Source of the DNA: an uncultured Hyphomonas sp.
GTDB lineage: Bacteria; Pseudomonadota; Alphaproteobacteria; Caulobacterales; Hyphomonadaceae
Length of the DNA stretch: 64,000 nt
Direction of reading: 5' to 3'
Assembly (NCBI GenBank): GCA_964556825.1
Contig: CAZKXJ010000002.1
Span: 362,844-426,843, forward strand
The notes under the pieces: model-generated
What the model was told of the DNA's origin: nothing
Database searches by the model: none
What the model saw: only the letters and a program-made list of their open reading frames with translations
Position numbers and translations under genes: made by a program
Shown: piece by piece, positions 38,826 through 47,942 of the stretch
How positions within the stretch are numbered: position 1 is the stretch's first letter
How the letters are laid out: every line of letters starts with the position of its first letter

Positions 38826-38890
38826 GATGGCTGGATCCTCCAGATCTGCCCCCCTCTCAACATGGCGCAGTCACGCGCAATGTCGAGGCC

Positions 38891-39799
38891 TCAGGCAAAC
38901 ATCAGGGATGACAAACGACGCCGGCCTTCGATGGTCGCTGGGTCTTTCGGCCCGGCAGCCTCGAAAAGTTCGAGTAATTTGGCCTTGGCCTTGCCGTCTT
39001 CCCACGCAAGATCATTCGACAGGATCTTGAGAAGATGGTCGGCAGCTTCCTTGTTCTTGCCACGCGCCATGAGGGCCTCGGCCAGTTCGAACCGCAGGGC
39101 ATGATTGCCGCGATCTTCAGTGACCTTGTCGATAAGCTGGTCCAGCTCATCGTCTTTCGGCGCATCCGCCATCAGCTCGATTGCCGTACGTACACCCTTG
39201 ATGGATGGGTCGGTCTGCTTGTCCGGTCCAGCCATATCGAGAATCTGTCCAGCACGCTCTGCATCGCCATTCGCGAGATAGCAGCGCGCCAGCCCGACGA
39301 TGGCGGAAATATTTTCCGGGTCCGCTTCGATGATTGCACCGTAAATCTGGGCAGCCTGCCCGGCGTCTCCAGCCTGCAGGAGCTGGTCTGCCTTCTCGAT
39401 GGCATCCCTGATCTGCTGGCCTTCATCTGTTCCGCCGAGCACTTTCGAGATGAATTCCCGAAGCTGGCTTTCCGGTAGCGCACCCTGGAAGGCATCGACC
39501 GGCCGGCCCTTGTCAAAGGCGAACACTGCCGGAATTGAACGCACGCCGAGCTGGCCGGCAATGCCGGGATTCTCGTCAATATTCACCTTGACCAGCTTCA
39601 CCTTGCCCTGCTGGTCGTTCACGACTTTCTCAAGCACGGGCGTCAGCGACTTGCACGGGCCGCACCAGGGGGCCCAGAAATCCACGAGGACGGGTGCCTC
39701 CTTCGAGGCTTCGACCACATCGGCCATGAAGGTCTGGTCAGTCGCGTCCTTGATGTTGCCACCAGCGCCGCCGACAGGTCCGAGTGAAATATTTTCCAT
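38891..39799 (-). CDS. thioredoxin-domain plus TPR-like co-chaperone (YbbN/CnoX-like)
   Basis: VLVDFWAPWCGPCK followed by about 190 aa of helical TPR-like repeats. The start is trimmed to ATG 39799 (MENISL...). Confidence 0.87.
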   Translation of the reverse strand: MENISLGPVGGAGGNIKDATDQTFMADVVEASKEAPVLVDFWAPWCGPCKSLTPVLEKVVNDQQGKVKLVKVNIDENPGIAGQLGVRSIPAVFAFDKGRPVDAFQGALPESQLREFISKVLGGTDEGQQIRDAIEKADQLLQAGDAGQAAQIYGAIIEADPENISAIVGLARCYLANGDAERAGQILDMAGPDKQTDPSIKGVRTAIELMADAPKDDELDQLIDKVTEDRGNHALRFELAEALMARGKNKEAADHLLKILSNDLAWEDGKAKAKLLELFEAAGPKDPATIEGRRRLSSLMFA

Positions 39800-39930
39800 T
39801 GCTCCGCGCCTTTCAATTCGTTGCGAAGGATTTGGGATGGAAAGGCACGAATGGCAATACGTAGCGGGTGCGCGATCACAGCCATTCTGCCACATCCGGC
39901 CTGATTCGCCGGACCCGGCGGTGACCCGGC

Positions 39931-40443
39931 CTAGGAACCCGCGTCCAGCAGCGCCCGGAAATCCACCTGCGTCATATCATGTCCGGTCGCCGCGACGAAT
40001 TTGCCAAGATCTTCGCGCGATATGGCCGTTGTCCCGGTATTGACGAGGGGATGGAAGTTTATCGGATCATGCGCCATCAGCGCGGCATCGACGATGAAAC
40101 GGACCTTGCCCGCCCGGTCATTCATCAGTGCGAACGCGGTCACGGACCCCGGTGTCACGCCTAGCAACTCCACCATCAGCTCAGCGCTCGCGAAGGATAG
40201 CCGCCGCGTCCCGATCAACTTGTGCAGCTGGTTGAGTTTCAGCTCGCTGTCCGCATGCGCTGATATCAGGAGAATCGCCCCATCCTTGTCCTTCATGAAG
40301 AGGTTCTTGGTATGCCCGCCCGGCATTGTCGCCTTCAGGTCGCGGCCCTCCTCTACGGTAAACGTCGCTTCGTGCCAGCGCGTACTGTGCGCAATGCCAA
40401 GTTCATCAAGAAGGGCAAACAGGTCTTCGGGGCTTGCGGTCAT
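39931..40443 (-). CDS. YbaK/ProX-family aminoacyl-tRNA deacylase (prolyl-tRNA synthetase-associated domain)
   Basis: 170 aa with GGHTKNLFMKDKDG and FHPLVN motifs. Confidence 0.83.
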   Translation of the reverse strand: MTASPEDLFALLDELGIAHSTRWHEATFTVEEGRDLKATMPGGHTKNLFMKDKDGAILLISAHADSELKLNQLHKLIGTRRLSFASAELMVELLGVTPGSVTAFALMNDRAGKVRFIVDAALMAHDPINFHPLVNTGTTAISREDLGKFVAATGHDMTQVDFRALLDAGS

Positions 40444-40497
40444 GGCGCTCTTTCAGGCAATCAGGCTGAGGTCGTCAAGTGAAGGAAGATCATCGCC

Positions 40498-41232
40498 ATG
40501 GAGCTGGAATGCTACAAGATTTACGATGTCGCACCGGAAATCGTACCGGGGCGCTCGCAGCGTGAGTGGATGGATGCCTTTCCGGACCGCCACCCCTATC
40601 GCTGCCTGCCCCTGACCATGGCCAATTCCACCGGCTGGGAAATCCTTTGCCCGATCGATCTGAAGATCGTCTGGGATGGCGGGCCGATGGAGCATAATAT
40701 CAGCCTGTTCACGACGGGCGATCCGCGCGCCATCACCAGCTTTGCCGACAGCCACTTCCGGCGCGGCATCGTGACGATGCATACCGGGCACCTGTTTCGT
40801 ACGCCGCCCGGCTGGGGGCTGTGGACGTCCGGGGCACCAAATTTCTTCAAGGATGGCATCGCGCCGCTGACCGGCCTTGTGGAAACTGACTGGCTGCCAT
40901 TTCCCTTCACCATGAACTGGCAGATGACACGGCCCGGCGAGGTGATCTTCAAAAAGGGTGAGCCGTTCTGCTTCATCATGCCGTTCGAACACGGCAAGAC
41001 CGAGCAGATACAGCCGGAACGCAAACTGCTGAAAACCAATCCGGACCTCGAAAAGGATTACCACGCCTGGAGCCAGAGCCGCGGCAGCTTCAATGAAAAA
41101 CTGAAGGCAATGGATTCCGAAGCGGTAAAGGCCGGTTGGCAGCGCCACTATATGCGTGGGCAGAAGGTCACCGGCGACAAGGCAGAGGCCCATCAGACCA
41201 AACGCCGGCTGAAGCCGCCAAAGGATGTTTGA
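40498..41232 (+). CDS. conserved hypothetical protein (DUF6065-like, from memory)
   Basis: YRCLPLTMANSTGWEILCP motif and a protein-like composition. The antisense 263-aa ORF looks like a shadow. Confidence 0.65.
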   Translation: MELECYKIYDVAPEIVPGRSQREWMDAFPDRHPYRCLPLTMANSTGWEILCPIDLKIVWDGGPMEHNISLFTTGDPRAITSFADSHFRRGIVTMHTGHLFRTPPGWGLWTSGAPNFFKDGIAPLTGLVETDWLPFPFTMNWQMTRPGEVIFKKGEPFCFIMPFEHGKTEQIQPERKLLKTNPDLEKDYHAWSQSRGSFNEKLKAMDSEAVKAGWQRHYMRGQKVTGDKAEAHQTKRRLKPPKDV

Positions 41233-41243
41233 GACCGATTGCA

Positions 41244-41271
41244 CCTTGCAATGTGAATCCCCCTTGCAAGG
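41244..41271 (+). terminator. hairpin after the DUF6065-like gene (weak terminator candidate)
   Basis: ccttgcaa-N12-ttgcaagg, a perfect 8-bp stem 12 nt after the stop. The downstream T-tract is only weak. Confidence 0.35.
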
Positions 41272-41339
41272 GCTTCGGATTTGCGCTTAAAGCCGCTCTC
41301 TCGCTGATTGGCGCAAGCCAGTCAGCTACCCTATCGGAT

Positions 41340-41414
41340 GCGGGCGTAGCTCAGGGGTAGAGCACAACCTTGCCAAGGTTGGGGTCGTGAGTTCGAATCT
41401 CATCGCCCGCTCCA
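41340..41414 (+). tRNA. tRNA-Gly (anticodon GCC)
   Basis: Manual cloverleaf: acceptor GCGGGCG/CGCCCGC, anticodon arm CAACC-TTGCCAA-GGTTG, T-arm GTGAG-TTCGAAT-CTCAT and encoded CCA. Length 75 nt. Confidence 0.94.
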
Positions 41415-41500
41415 ATATTTTCACACTTCGGTTAACCCGAATCGACGCGGTCTTGCGCCTTTAAGGCCAGCGACACATCTGTCTGCTGTTAGGATTGAGC

Positions 41501-42205
41501 ATGACGCAAAAGGTCATCTACGCGATTGGCGATGTGCACGGCGAGGCTTACAAGCTGCGCCGGCTGCACGATGCTATCTTTTCGCGCCACGCAAAAACCT
41601 GTCCTGGCATACCGATCCAGCTGGTTCATCTTGGGGACTATATCGACCGCGGACCGGATAGCGCTGGCGTGATCGAAACCCTGATCGAGCTTGAAGCCCG
41701 AGACGACATCGAGACTGTCAACCTGCGCGGCAATCACGAACAGATGATGCTTGAAGCCTATGATGAAAACGGCTCTGACGCCCGCCTGCACTGGCTGATG
41801 AATGGCGGCGACGAGACGATTGCGAGTTATGCCCGCCGAGGCCTCGAAGACCCGCCCCCGCAGCATATGGACTGGGTCCGTGAACTGCCGACGCTGTATC
41901 TGGACCAGGACGAGAAAATCGCGTTTGTCCATGCAGGCGTCGATCCACGCACCTTCCCCAATTGCGATGATCGCATCCACCTCTGGACCCGCTCACCGCG
42001 CTTCTATGATCCGAGCCGCTGGGACATTGGCGCGCTCGATGGCTGGCGGGTCGTTCATGGCCATACGCCGACCAAGGATGCAGAACCGCAGGCCGCAGGC
42101 AGTCCGGCCCGCCGCTTCAACCTCGATACTGGGGCCGTCTATGGCGGCAAGCTCAGCGCAGGTGTGTTTGCACCAGGCCAGCCGGTCGAATTCATATCGA
42201 TCTGA
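41501..42205 (+). CDS. PPP-family serine/threonine phosphatase / metallophosphoesterase (PrpA/lambda-phosphatase-like)
   Basis: GDVHGE, GDYIDRGPDS, GNHE and HGH motifs. ATG 41501 is preceded by AGGA; the track TTG at 41495 is less likely. Confidence 0.85.
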   Translation: MTQKVIYAIGDVHGEAYKLRRLHDAIFSRHAKTCPGIPIQLVHLGDYIDRGPDSAGVIETLIELEARDDIETVNLRGNHEQMMLEAYDENGSDARLHWLMNGGDETIASYARRGLEDPPPQHMDWVRELPTLYLDQDEKIAFVHAGVDPRTFPNCDDRIHLWTRSPRFYDPSRWDIGALDGWRVVHGHTPTKDAEPQAAGSPARRFNLDTGAVYGGKLSAGVFAPGQPVEFISI

Positions 42206-42225
42206 TCCCTGCTGGCACGGGATGC

Positions 42226-42240
42226 GAACAAATCAGGAAA
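42226..42240. promoter_or_regulatory. candidate alphaproteobacterial SOS (LexA) box upstream of ruvC
   Basis: GAAC-N7-GAAA, one mismatch from the GAAC-N7-GAAC / GTTC-N7-GTTC direct-repeat consensus, 42 nt upstream of the ruvC ATG. Confidence 0.25.
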
Positions 42241-42281
42241 ATGCAAGACGACGTTAACCGAAGCCGTTATTGTGTTGGCCA

Positions 42282-42782
42282 ATGACTGAAGCGATTCGTA
42301 TTCTCGGCATCGACCCCGGCCTGCGCCATACTGGCTGGGGCGTGATCGAGCAGGCCGGCTCCCGGCTTACCCATATTGCGCATGGCGTGATCCGCATTGA
42401 TCCCGGCCTGACGCTCGCGGCCCGCCTTGGCGGGATTCACGCTGCAATCGCAACGCTCGCCGGTGAGTTCACACTCGATTGCGCAGGCATCGAGGAAACG
42501 CTGGTCAATTCCAATCCCCGGTCCGCCCTGAAACTCGGGCAGGCCCGCGGCGCCGCCATGGCCGCCCTGCACAATGCCGGCCTAAACGTGCTGGAATTTT
42601 CCCCGCGCACGATCAAGCTGGCTGTTGTCGGCACTGGCGCAGCTGACAAGACACAGGTTGGTTTCATGGTCTCACGCCTCCTGCCCAAGGCTGGCAAGAT
42701 GTCATCCGACGCCGCCGATGCGCTGGCCTGCGCGATCTGCACGGCCCATCACGCCGTGGCATTGCGGAGGGGCGCAGCATGA
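42282..42782 (+). CDS. ruvC: crossover junction endodeoxyribonuclease RuvC
   Basis: ILGIDPGLRHTGWG N-terminus and C-terminal DAADALACAICTAHH. ATG 42282. Confidence 0.93.
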   Translation: MTEAIRILGIDPGLRHTGWGVIEQAGSRLTHIAHGVIRIDPGLTLAARLGGIHAAIATLAGEFTLDCAGIEETLVNSNPRSALKLGQARGAAMAALHNAGLNVLEFSPRTIKLAVVGTGAADKTQVGFMVSRLLPKAGKMSSDAADALACAICTAHHAVALRRGAA

Positions 42783-43405
42783 TTATCGGACGGTTGAGAG
42801 GCGAAATCGCCGCCGTGGGCACCGACAATGTGCTGATAGACGTCAACGGCGTTGGATATGTCGCGCTGGCGGGCAGCCGTCTCCTGTCGAAACTCACCCC
42901 CGGCAAGGAGGCTGAGTTGCATATCGAGACCCGGGTCACTGAAAGCTCCATTACCCTGTTTGCATTCGAGTCTGATGAAGCGCGTGCCTGGTTTGTGCGG
43001 CTTCAGGATGTGCCGGGCGTGGCGGGCAAGTCAGCCATGGCGATCATGGACGCGCTGTCACCTGCCGAGCTCATGGATGCGCTGGCCCTCAATGACGCCG
43101 CCTCGATCACCCGCGCCAAGGGCGTCGGCAAGAAACTCGCCGAGCGCATCACCGGTGAGCTTGCCGGCAAGCCGCCGCCCATGGGCCGCTTTGGCGCCTT
43201 CCGCCCCTCAGACCTTGCAGGCGATGCAGTTGCGGCACCGGACCCTGCAGGCAGCGCGCGTAGCGAAGCTGTGTCGGCCCTTGTTAACCTTGGCTATGGC
43301 CAGCCTGACGCCGCACGAGCGGTTGCAGCCGCCGCGCGCAACACCCCCGACGCCGACACATCCGCCCTTGTCCGCGCCGGGCTGAAAGAACTCTCGCCAT
43401 CATGA
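42779..43405 (+). CDS. ruvA: Holliday junction branch migration complex subunit RuvA
   Basis: MIGRLRGEI... N-terminus, HhH region ([10 protein letters not shown]) and C-terminal domain III. Overlaps ruvC and ruvB by 4 nt. Confidence 0.95.
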   Translation: MIIGRLRGEIAAVGTDNVLIDVNGVGYVALAGSRLLSKLTPGKEAELHIETRVTESSITLFAFESDEARAWFVRLQDVPGVAGKSAMAIMDALSPAELMDALALNDAASITRAKGVGKKLAERITGELAGKPPPMGRFGAFRPSDLAGDAVAAPDPAGSARSEAVSALVNLGYGQPDAARAVAAAARNTPDADTSALVRAGLKELSPS

Positions 43406-44427
43406 GCCGGGATGGAAGCCTCACCGATCCGGAACGCCAGACTGGCGAAGCGCTCGACCGGGCCCTGCGCCCGCAGAGCTTTGACGATTATGTCGGCCAG
43501 GACATCATCAAGTCGAACCTGAAAGTCTATGTCGATGCCGCCAAGGCCCGCGGCGAGGCGCTAGACCATATCCTGCTGTTCGGTCCGCCCGGACTCGGCA
43601 AGACGACGCTGGCACAGATTGTATCCAAGGAGCTGGGTGTGGGTTTCAGATCCACCTCCGGCCCGGTCATCGCCAAAGCCGGTGACCTCGCGGCGATCCT
43701 CACCAATCTTGAAGCCAATGACGTTCTTTTCATTGACGAAATTCACCGCCTGCCGCCGACGGTCGAAGAAATCCTCTATCCCGCCATGGAGGATTATGCC
43801 CTCGACATCGTCATCGGCGAAGGCCCTTCGGCCCGGTCTGTCCGGCTTGATCTTGCGCCCTTCACGCTGGTTGGTGCCACGACACGCGCCGGCCTTCTCG
43901 CCAATCCCCTCCGGGACCGGTTCGGCATACCGATGCGGCTGCAATTCTATGAGCCGCATGAACTGGCCCGCATCATCATGGCGGCGGGACGTAAACTTGG
44001 CGCCGCCTTGTCAGAGGATGGCGCGCTTGAGATTGCAGGACGGGCCCGCGGGACGCCGCGTATTGCGATCCGCCTGCTGCGACGGGTACGTGATTTCGCC
44101 GAAGCGGAGGGTGCGAAAATAGACAAGGCCGCCGCCGCTCGGGCGCTAGCGCGTCTCGAAATCGATGAGGATGGCCTGGATGCGCTCGACCGGCGCTACC
44201 TGTCCGCGCTAGTAAAAACCTATGCTGGCGGCCCGGTCGGGGCCGATACGCTTGCCGCCGCCCTTTCAGAAGCGCGCGACGCGGTCGAAGACATGATTGA
44301 GCCATTCCTGATGCAGAAGGGCTATATCGCCCGGACACCAAGAGGCCGGGTCGCCGCCCCGCTCGCCTATCAACGCATGGGGCTGGCCGCCCCGGATGCC
44401 AGCCGGCAAGCTGGCCTCTTTTCGTAA
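43402..44427 (+). CDS. ruvB: Holliday junction DNA helicase RuvB
   Basis: Walker [10 protein letters not shown], Walker [10 protein letters not shown], and RGTPRIA. Confidence 0.97.
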   Translation: MSRDGSLTDPERQTGEALDRALRPQSFDDYVGQDIIKSNLKVYVDAAKARGEALDHILLFGPPGLGKTTLAQIVSKELGVGFRSTSGPVIAKAGDLAAILTNLEANDVLFIDEIHRLPPTVEEILYPAMEDYALDIVIGEGPSARSVRLDLAPFTLVGATTRAGLLANPLRDRFGIPMRLQFYEPHELARIIMAAGRKLGAALSEDGALEIAGRARGTPRIAIRLLRRVRDFAEAEGAKIDKAAAARALARLEIDEDGLDALDRRYLSALVKTYAGGPVGADTLAAALSEARDAVEDMIEPFLMQKGYIARTPRGRVAAPLAYQRMGLAAPDASRQAGLFS

Positions 44428-44445
44428 AAATAGGATCTCGAACCC

Positions 44446-44874
44446 ATGCTCGATGGACTGAAAGAACTTTCGCAGGCTTTGTCCATCGCGCTCTTCGCCT
44501 TCTCGACGGGTTGTGCCTGGATCGCCGCGATTGTCGCGCCGAACACAAGTTATGACCGGCTCGATCATTCAAGAGCCGATGGCCATGTGCGCCTGCTGCT
44601 GATCAATTCGTCGAACCATGTCGCTTTTGCCCTGCTGGCCGGGGCTGCGCTGGCATTTCTTGCAGGCGCCTACAGCGCCGGCATTGTTGGCGCAATGGCC
44701 GCCGCCGGCTTCTTCACAAATCGCTGGACGCTTGCCCCCCGCACCAAAGCCGAGAAAGCCCCACCTGGCCGGCGCGCCCGCAACAAGACCAAACGCGTGG
44801 TCGCCGTCAGTCTCACACTGATTTTTACGCTGGTCGCCGTCATCGCAACGGGGCTTGCCGTCGCCGGTATCTAG
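44446..44874 (+). CDS. hypothetical membrane protein (142 aa)
   Basis: Four hydrophobic segments, 18 nt downstream of ruvB. No motif recognised. Confidence 0.5.
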   Translation: MLDGLKELSQALSIALFAFSTGCAWIAAIVAPNTSYDRLDHSRADGHVRLLLINSSNHVAFALLAGAALAFLAGAYSAGIVGAMAAAGFFTNRWTLAPRTKAEKAPPGRRARNKTKRVVAVSLTLIFTLVAVIATGLAVAGI

Positions 44875-44875
44875 C

Positions 44876-45358
44876 TCACCGCTGGATCAGCCACAGCACA
44901 CCGATCGTGTGCAGGTAGAGAAACGCTTCGGTCGACTTGCGGGCGGCGCGCATGGCGACTTCACCTGCCAGTTTCCGGTTGATCGCAATCATGAACACGC
45001 AGGCCGCAAGGCCCGGAATGATGAGCCACCATGCAATCGCGAAAGAGGCGATCACAAACAGCACAAGGATCGTATAAGCAACAAAATCCAGCGCGCGTAT
45101 CCGGAATTCATTGAGCCGGCTGAATGAATTGAGCAGTCTTGGATTGCGATGAAGCTCGTCTGCATCGATTGCGAAGACGCGTTCTTCATCCTGTTTGAAG
45201 CGGACCACCCGTGCCGGACGGCCCTCATCATGCGGATTTGGAGCTGTTCTCAAAAACATCGGACCGGACCCCTCTTCAGGTCTCAACCCTACGTGATGAC
45301 GCTTAACAGTCATTCCGCTCTGGCGGGTGAAATTCACGACCGGGCGGAAAGCTTGCAT
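44876..45358 (-). CDS. hypothetical membrane protein (160 aa)
   Basis: Two adjacent TM segments in the C-terminal half. The ATG overlaps the bolA-like stop (TAATG), which suggests translational coupling. Confidence 0.55.
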   Translation of the reverse strand: MQAFRPVVNFTRQSGMTVKRHHVGLRPEEGSGPMFLRTAPNPHDEGRPARVVRFKQDEERVFAIDADELHRNPRLLNSFSRLNEFRIRALDFVAYTILVLFVIASFAIAWWLIIPGLAACVFMIAINRKLAGEVAMRAARKSTEAFLYLHTIGVLWLIQR

Positions 45359-45627
45359 TAATCAGTCGGCGCGCCCGCCTTGATCGAAAGGGCGTGAAGC
45401 CCTGATTCGAATTCGTTTTTCAGGGCATTATTGACGGTTCGCTGGATATTCACCCGGCTCATTCCTTCGAATTTCCGTGAAATAATTCTCACTGTGAAAT
45501 GTGTCTCACCTTCCGGCGATGCGCCTGAATGCCCCGCATGACGGGCACTGTCGTCGCTGATCTCCAGCAACTCAGGTGAAAAAACCTGCGTCAATGTGTT
45601 GCGAATACGGTTTGATCTGTTTGTCAA
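45358..45627 (-). CDS. BolA-family protein
   Basis: 89 aa with D.S..H.GH......THF.V.I.S..F.G.S...R.R.V pattern. Confidence 0.87.
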   Translation of the reverse strand: MTNRSNRIRNTLTQVFSPELLEISDDSARHAGHSGASPEGETHFTVRIISRKFEGMSRVNIQRTVNNALKNEFESGLHALSIKAGAPTD

Positions 45628-45654
45628 TTCTAGCCTCGTTAACGACTACGTCCT

Positions 45655-46290
45655 ATGTTCCCTCCCGCAATGGCAGAAGCATTTTCATATCGCGTCAAGT
45701 TCATGGACATAAGGGTAAAGCCTCCGCAGGAGGAGACCCAACGTCAGAAGGCGACGGAAACCCGCGAGTGTCACCGAGAAGATTGTGATCTTGCAGGTGA
45801 GCACCCCTCCCCGAAACCCCGGGGCATGGAAGGCGTCTTCTGGTTCTGCCAGAAGCATGCGGGGGAGTATAATCGCAATTACGATTTCTTCGCCGGCATG
45901 TCCGAAGCCGAAACAGCCGCCTTCAACGAAATGGCGCGCTACGGTTTCAACAAGACCTGGAAATTCGGCACTGGCCCGATGGGCAAGGACAAGGCCGCAT
46001 CGTCGCACGATCCTCGCCGCTGGCGGGGCAAGGAATTCTTCGAGGAGAATGCCAAGGCCCGTGCCGAGCGCCGCACCGAACAGCAATCCGCCGGCGTCAC
46101 AGCCCGCGCGCTCGAGGAACTTGACCTTGAGGCCGGGGCCACATCGGCTGAGATCCGCGTTCGCTATGCGGACTATGTTCGCCGCTACCACCCTGACTCG
46201 AATGGCGGTGACCGGTCCTCGGAGCATATGCTGGCCCGCGTCCTGCGCGCCGGCAAAACGCTCAAGGCCGCCGGCATGATGAAAGGCTAG
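45655..46290 (+). CDS. J-domain-containing protein
   Basis: C-terminal J-domain with the HPD tripeptide (IRVRYADYVRRYHPDSNGGD). The N-terminal region contains CHREDCDL...FWFCQKH. The start is uncertain. Confidence 0.75.
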   Translation: MFPPAMAEAFSYRVKFMDIRVKPPQEETQRQKATETRECHREDCDLAGEHPSPKPRGMEGVFWFCQKHAGEYNRNYDFFAGMSEAETAAFNEMARYGFNKTWKFGTGPMGKDKAASSHDPRRWRGKEFFEENAKARAERRTEQQSAGVTARALEELDLEAGATSAEIRVRYADYVRRYHPDSNGGDRSSEHMLARVLRAGKTLKAAGMMKG

Positions 46291-46325
46291 GCAGGCCGTT
46301 CAAAGCCGGCCGGCCTGATGCGCGC

Positions 46326-47054
46326 ATGGCATTCAACGTCTCGATCATCACGCTTTATCCTGAAGCGTTTCCCGGACTGCTGGATGTGTCGATCCTTGGC
46401 CGCGCGCGGCGCGAGGATATCTGGTCACTCGACATTACAGACCTGCGCCAGTTCGGCCTCGGCAAGCATCGCCAGGTCGATGAAAGCCCGGCGGGTGGCG
46501 GGGCTGGCCTCGTCCTGCGCCCGGATGTGGCCGCCGCCGCCATTGACAGCCTGCCGGATGATGACCGCCCGCTCGTCTATCTCAGCCCACGCGGCCGCCC
46601 GTTTGACCAGTCCAAGGCCGCCGAATTTGCAAACGGGCCGGGACTGGTCTGCTTTTGCGGTCGCTTCGAGGGGCTGGATGAACGGGTCATCGAAAAGCGT
46701 CGCATGATCGAAGTTTCGATTGGAGACTTTGTGCTCGCCGGTGGCGAAGCCGCAGCGCAGGCCATTATAGAGAGTACCGTCCGGCTCCTGCCTGGCGTCG
46801 CCGGCAATGGTGCATCGCTGGAAGATGAGAGTTTCTCGCATGGATTGCTGGAATATCCGCAATATACCCTGCCCCGCCTCTGGGAAAATGAGGCAACGCC
46901 GGAAGTGCTGTTATCCGGCGATCATAAAAAGATAGCTCAATGGCGGCTCAACCGCAGTAAACTGTTGACAGAAGCCCGACGTCCCGATTTATGGGCCGCT
47001 TACCTCAACGGGCAAAGAATACGAGCGTCGGAGACGGACGATGAACATGATTGA
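46326..47054 (+). CDS. trmD: tRNA (guanine37-N1)-methyltransferase
   Basis: [30 protein letters not shown] and LEYPQYT motifs. Confidence 0.95.
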   Translation: MAFNVSIITLYPEAFPGLLDVSILGRARREDIWSLDITDLRQFGLGKHRQVDESPAGGGAGLVLRPDVAAAAIDSLPDDDRPLVYLSPRGRPFDQSKAAEFANGPGLVCFCGRFEGLDERVIEKRRMIEVSIGDFVLAGGEAAAQAIIESTVRLLPGVAGNGASLEDESFSHGLLEYPQYTLPRLWENEATPEVLLSGDHKKIAQWRLNRSKLLTEARRPDLWAAYLNGQRIRASETDDEHD

Positions 47055-47592
47055 ACAGCTCGAAGCTGAAGAAGTGGCTCGCGTCACTTCCGGTAAAGAG
47101 ATCCCTGAATTTTCCCCTGGTGACACCGTGTCTGTGAATGTTCGCATTCGCGAAGGCGACCGTGAGCGCGTCCAGCGCTTCGAAGGTGTGTGCATCGCGC
47201 GCGCTGGCGCCGGCATCAACGAGAACTTCACGGTTCGCAAGATTTCCTTCGGTGAAGGCGTCGAGCGGGTTTTCCCGGTTGTCTCGCCGATGATCGAAAG
47301 CATCGAAGTGAAGCGCAAGGGCCGCGTTCGCCGCGCCAAGCTTTACTATCTGCGTGATCTTCGCGGTAAATCGGCCCGTATCGCCGAGCGGACATCCGGC
47401 CACGGCGTTGAAACCACGGAAATCACCGTTTCCAAGACCGAGCGCAAGCGCCAGCGTGTTACCGAGAAAGCCGCCCGCCGCGAGCAGGCTGCAAAGGATC
47501 GCGCCGAGCAGGCAGAAGCCAAGGCGAAAGCTGCTGAAGCTGAAGCCGCTGCTGCAGAGGCAGAGGCTGCTGAAGGCGAAACCGAAGAATAG
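47041..47592 (+). CDS. rplS: 50S ribosomal protein L19 with a charged C-terminal extension
   Basis: [11 protein letters not shown]... and [31 protein letters not shown] form the core. About 60 extra C-terminal residues are rich in A/E/K/R. Confidence 0.93.
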   Translation: MNMIEQLEAEEVARVTSGKEIPEFSPGDTVSVNVRIREGDRERVQRFEGVCIARAGAGINENFTVRKISFGEGVERVFPVVSPMIESIEVKRKGRVRRAKLYYLRDLRGKSARIAERTSGHGVETTEITVSKTERKRQRVTEKAARREQAAKDRAEQAEAKAKAAEAEAAAAEAEAAEGETEE

Positions 47593-47620
47593 TTTCTTCG
47601 TTCCCAACCTACGATTTCCA

Positions 47621-47652
47621 AAAAGCCCCGCTCACCTGGCGGGGCTTTTTTT
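47621..47652 (+). terminator. rho-independent terminator after rplS
   Basis: aaaa-gccccgc-tcacctg-gcggggc-ttttttt. Confidence 0.85.
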
Positions 47653-47810
47653 GTCTGGATTTCCGCACTGCCAGCACAAGACATCTGCGGCACAGGCTTT
47701 GCAACTTCGTCATACGAGCGACAGCCCAGGGCCGAGATTCCCGAAATCGGACATGTTGGCCCTGTGTGAAGCTCTCGTACAAAGCGAATCCTGTTGGTTC
47801 GGGAAAACTC

Positions 47811-47826
47811 GTTTCGTATACGAAAC
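47811..47826. promoter_or_regulatory. perfect 16-bp palindrome GTTTCGTATACGAAAC (candidate operator)
   Basis: Exact self-complementarity checked by hand. It lies 117 nt upstream of the repeat-protein ATG, in a 290-nt non-coding leader. Confidence 0.35.
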
Positions 47827-47942
47827 TATAGGTGGGGCATGTCCCCGATCGTGTGACTTTCTCCAGGCGTTCGGCCGTGAACGCTGGGAAGTCGGAAATT
47901 TATCCTGTGTTGGCCGACTGGGTCGCAACTGGGGAAGGTGGA

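Noticed and set aside
40453-41244. 263-aa minus-strand ORF
   Set aside because: It is antisense to the DUF6065-like gene. The plus frame has the conserved CLPL..AN..GW motif and an SD.
42213-42226. TGGCACgggaTGCG upstream of ruvC as a sigma-54 promoter
   Set aside because: The spacing between the GG and GC elements is 2 nt too short relative to TGGCAC-N5-TTGC.
45655-47592. trmD-rplS without upstream rpsP-rimM
   Set aside because: It is a real observation, since a J-domain gene precedes trmD. Operon splitting of this cluster is common, though, and I cannot judge its significance from one window.
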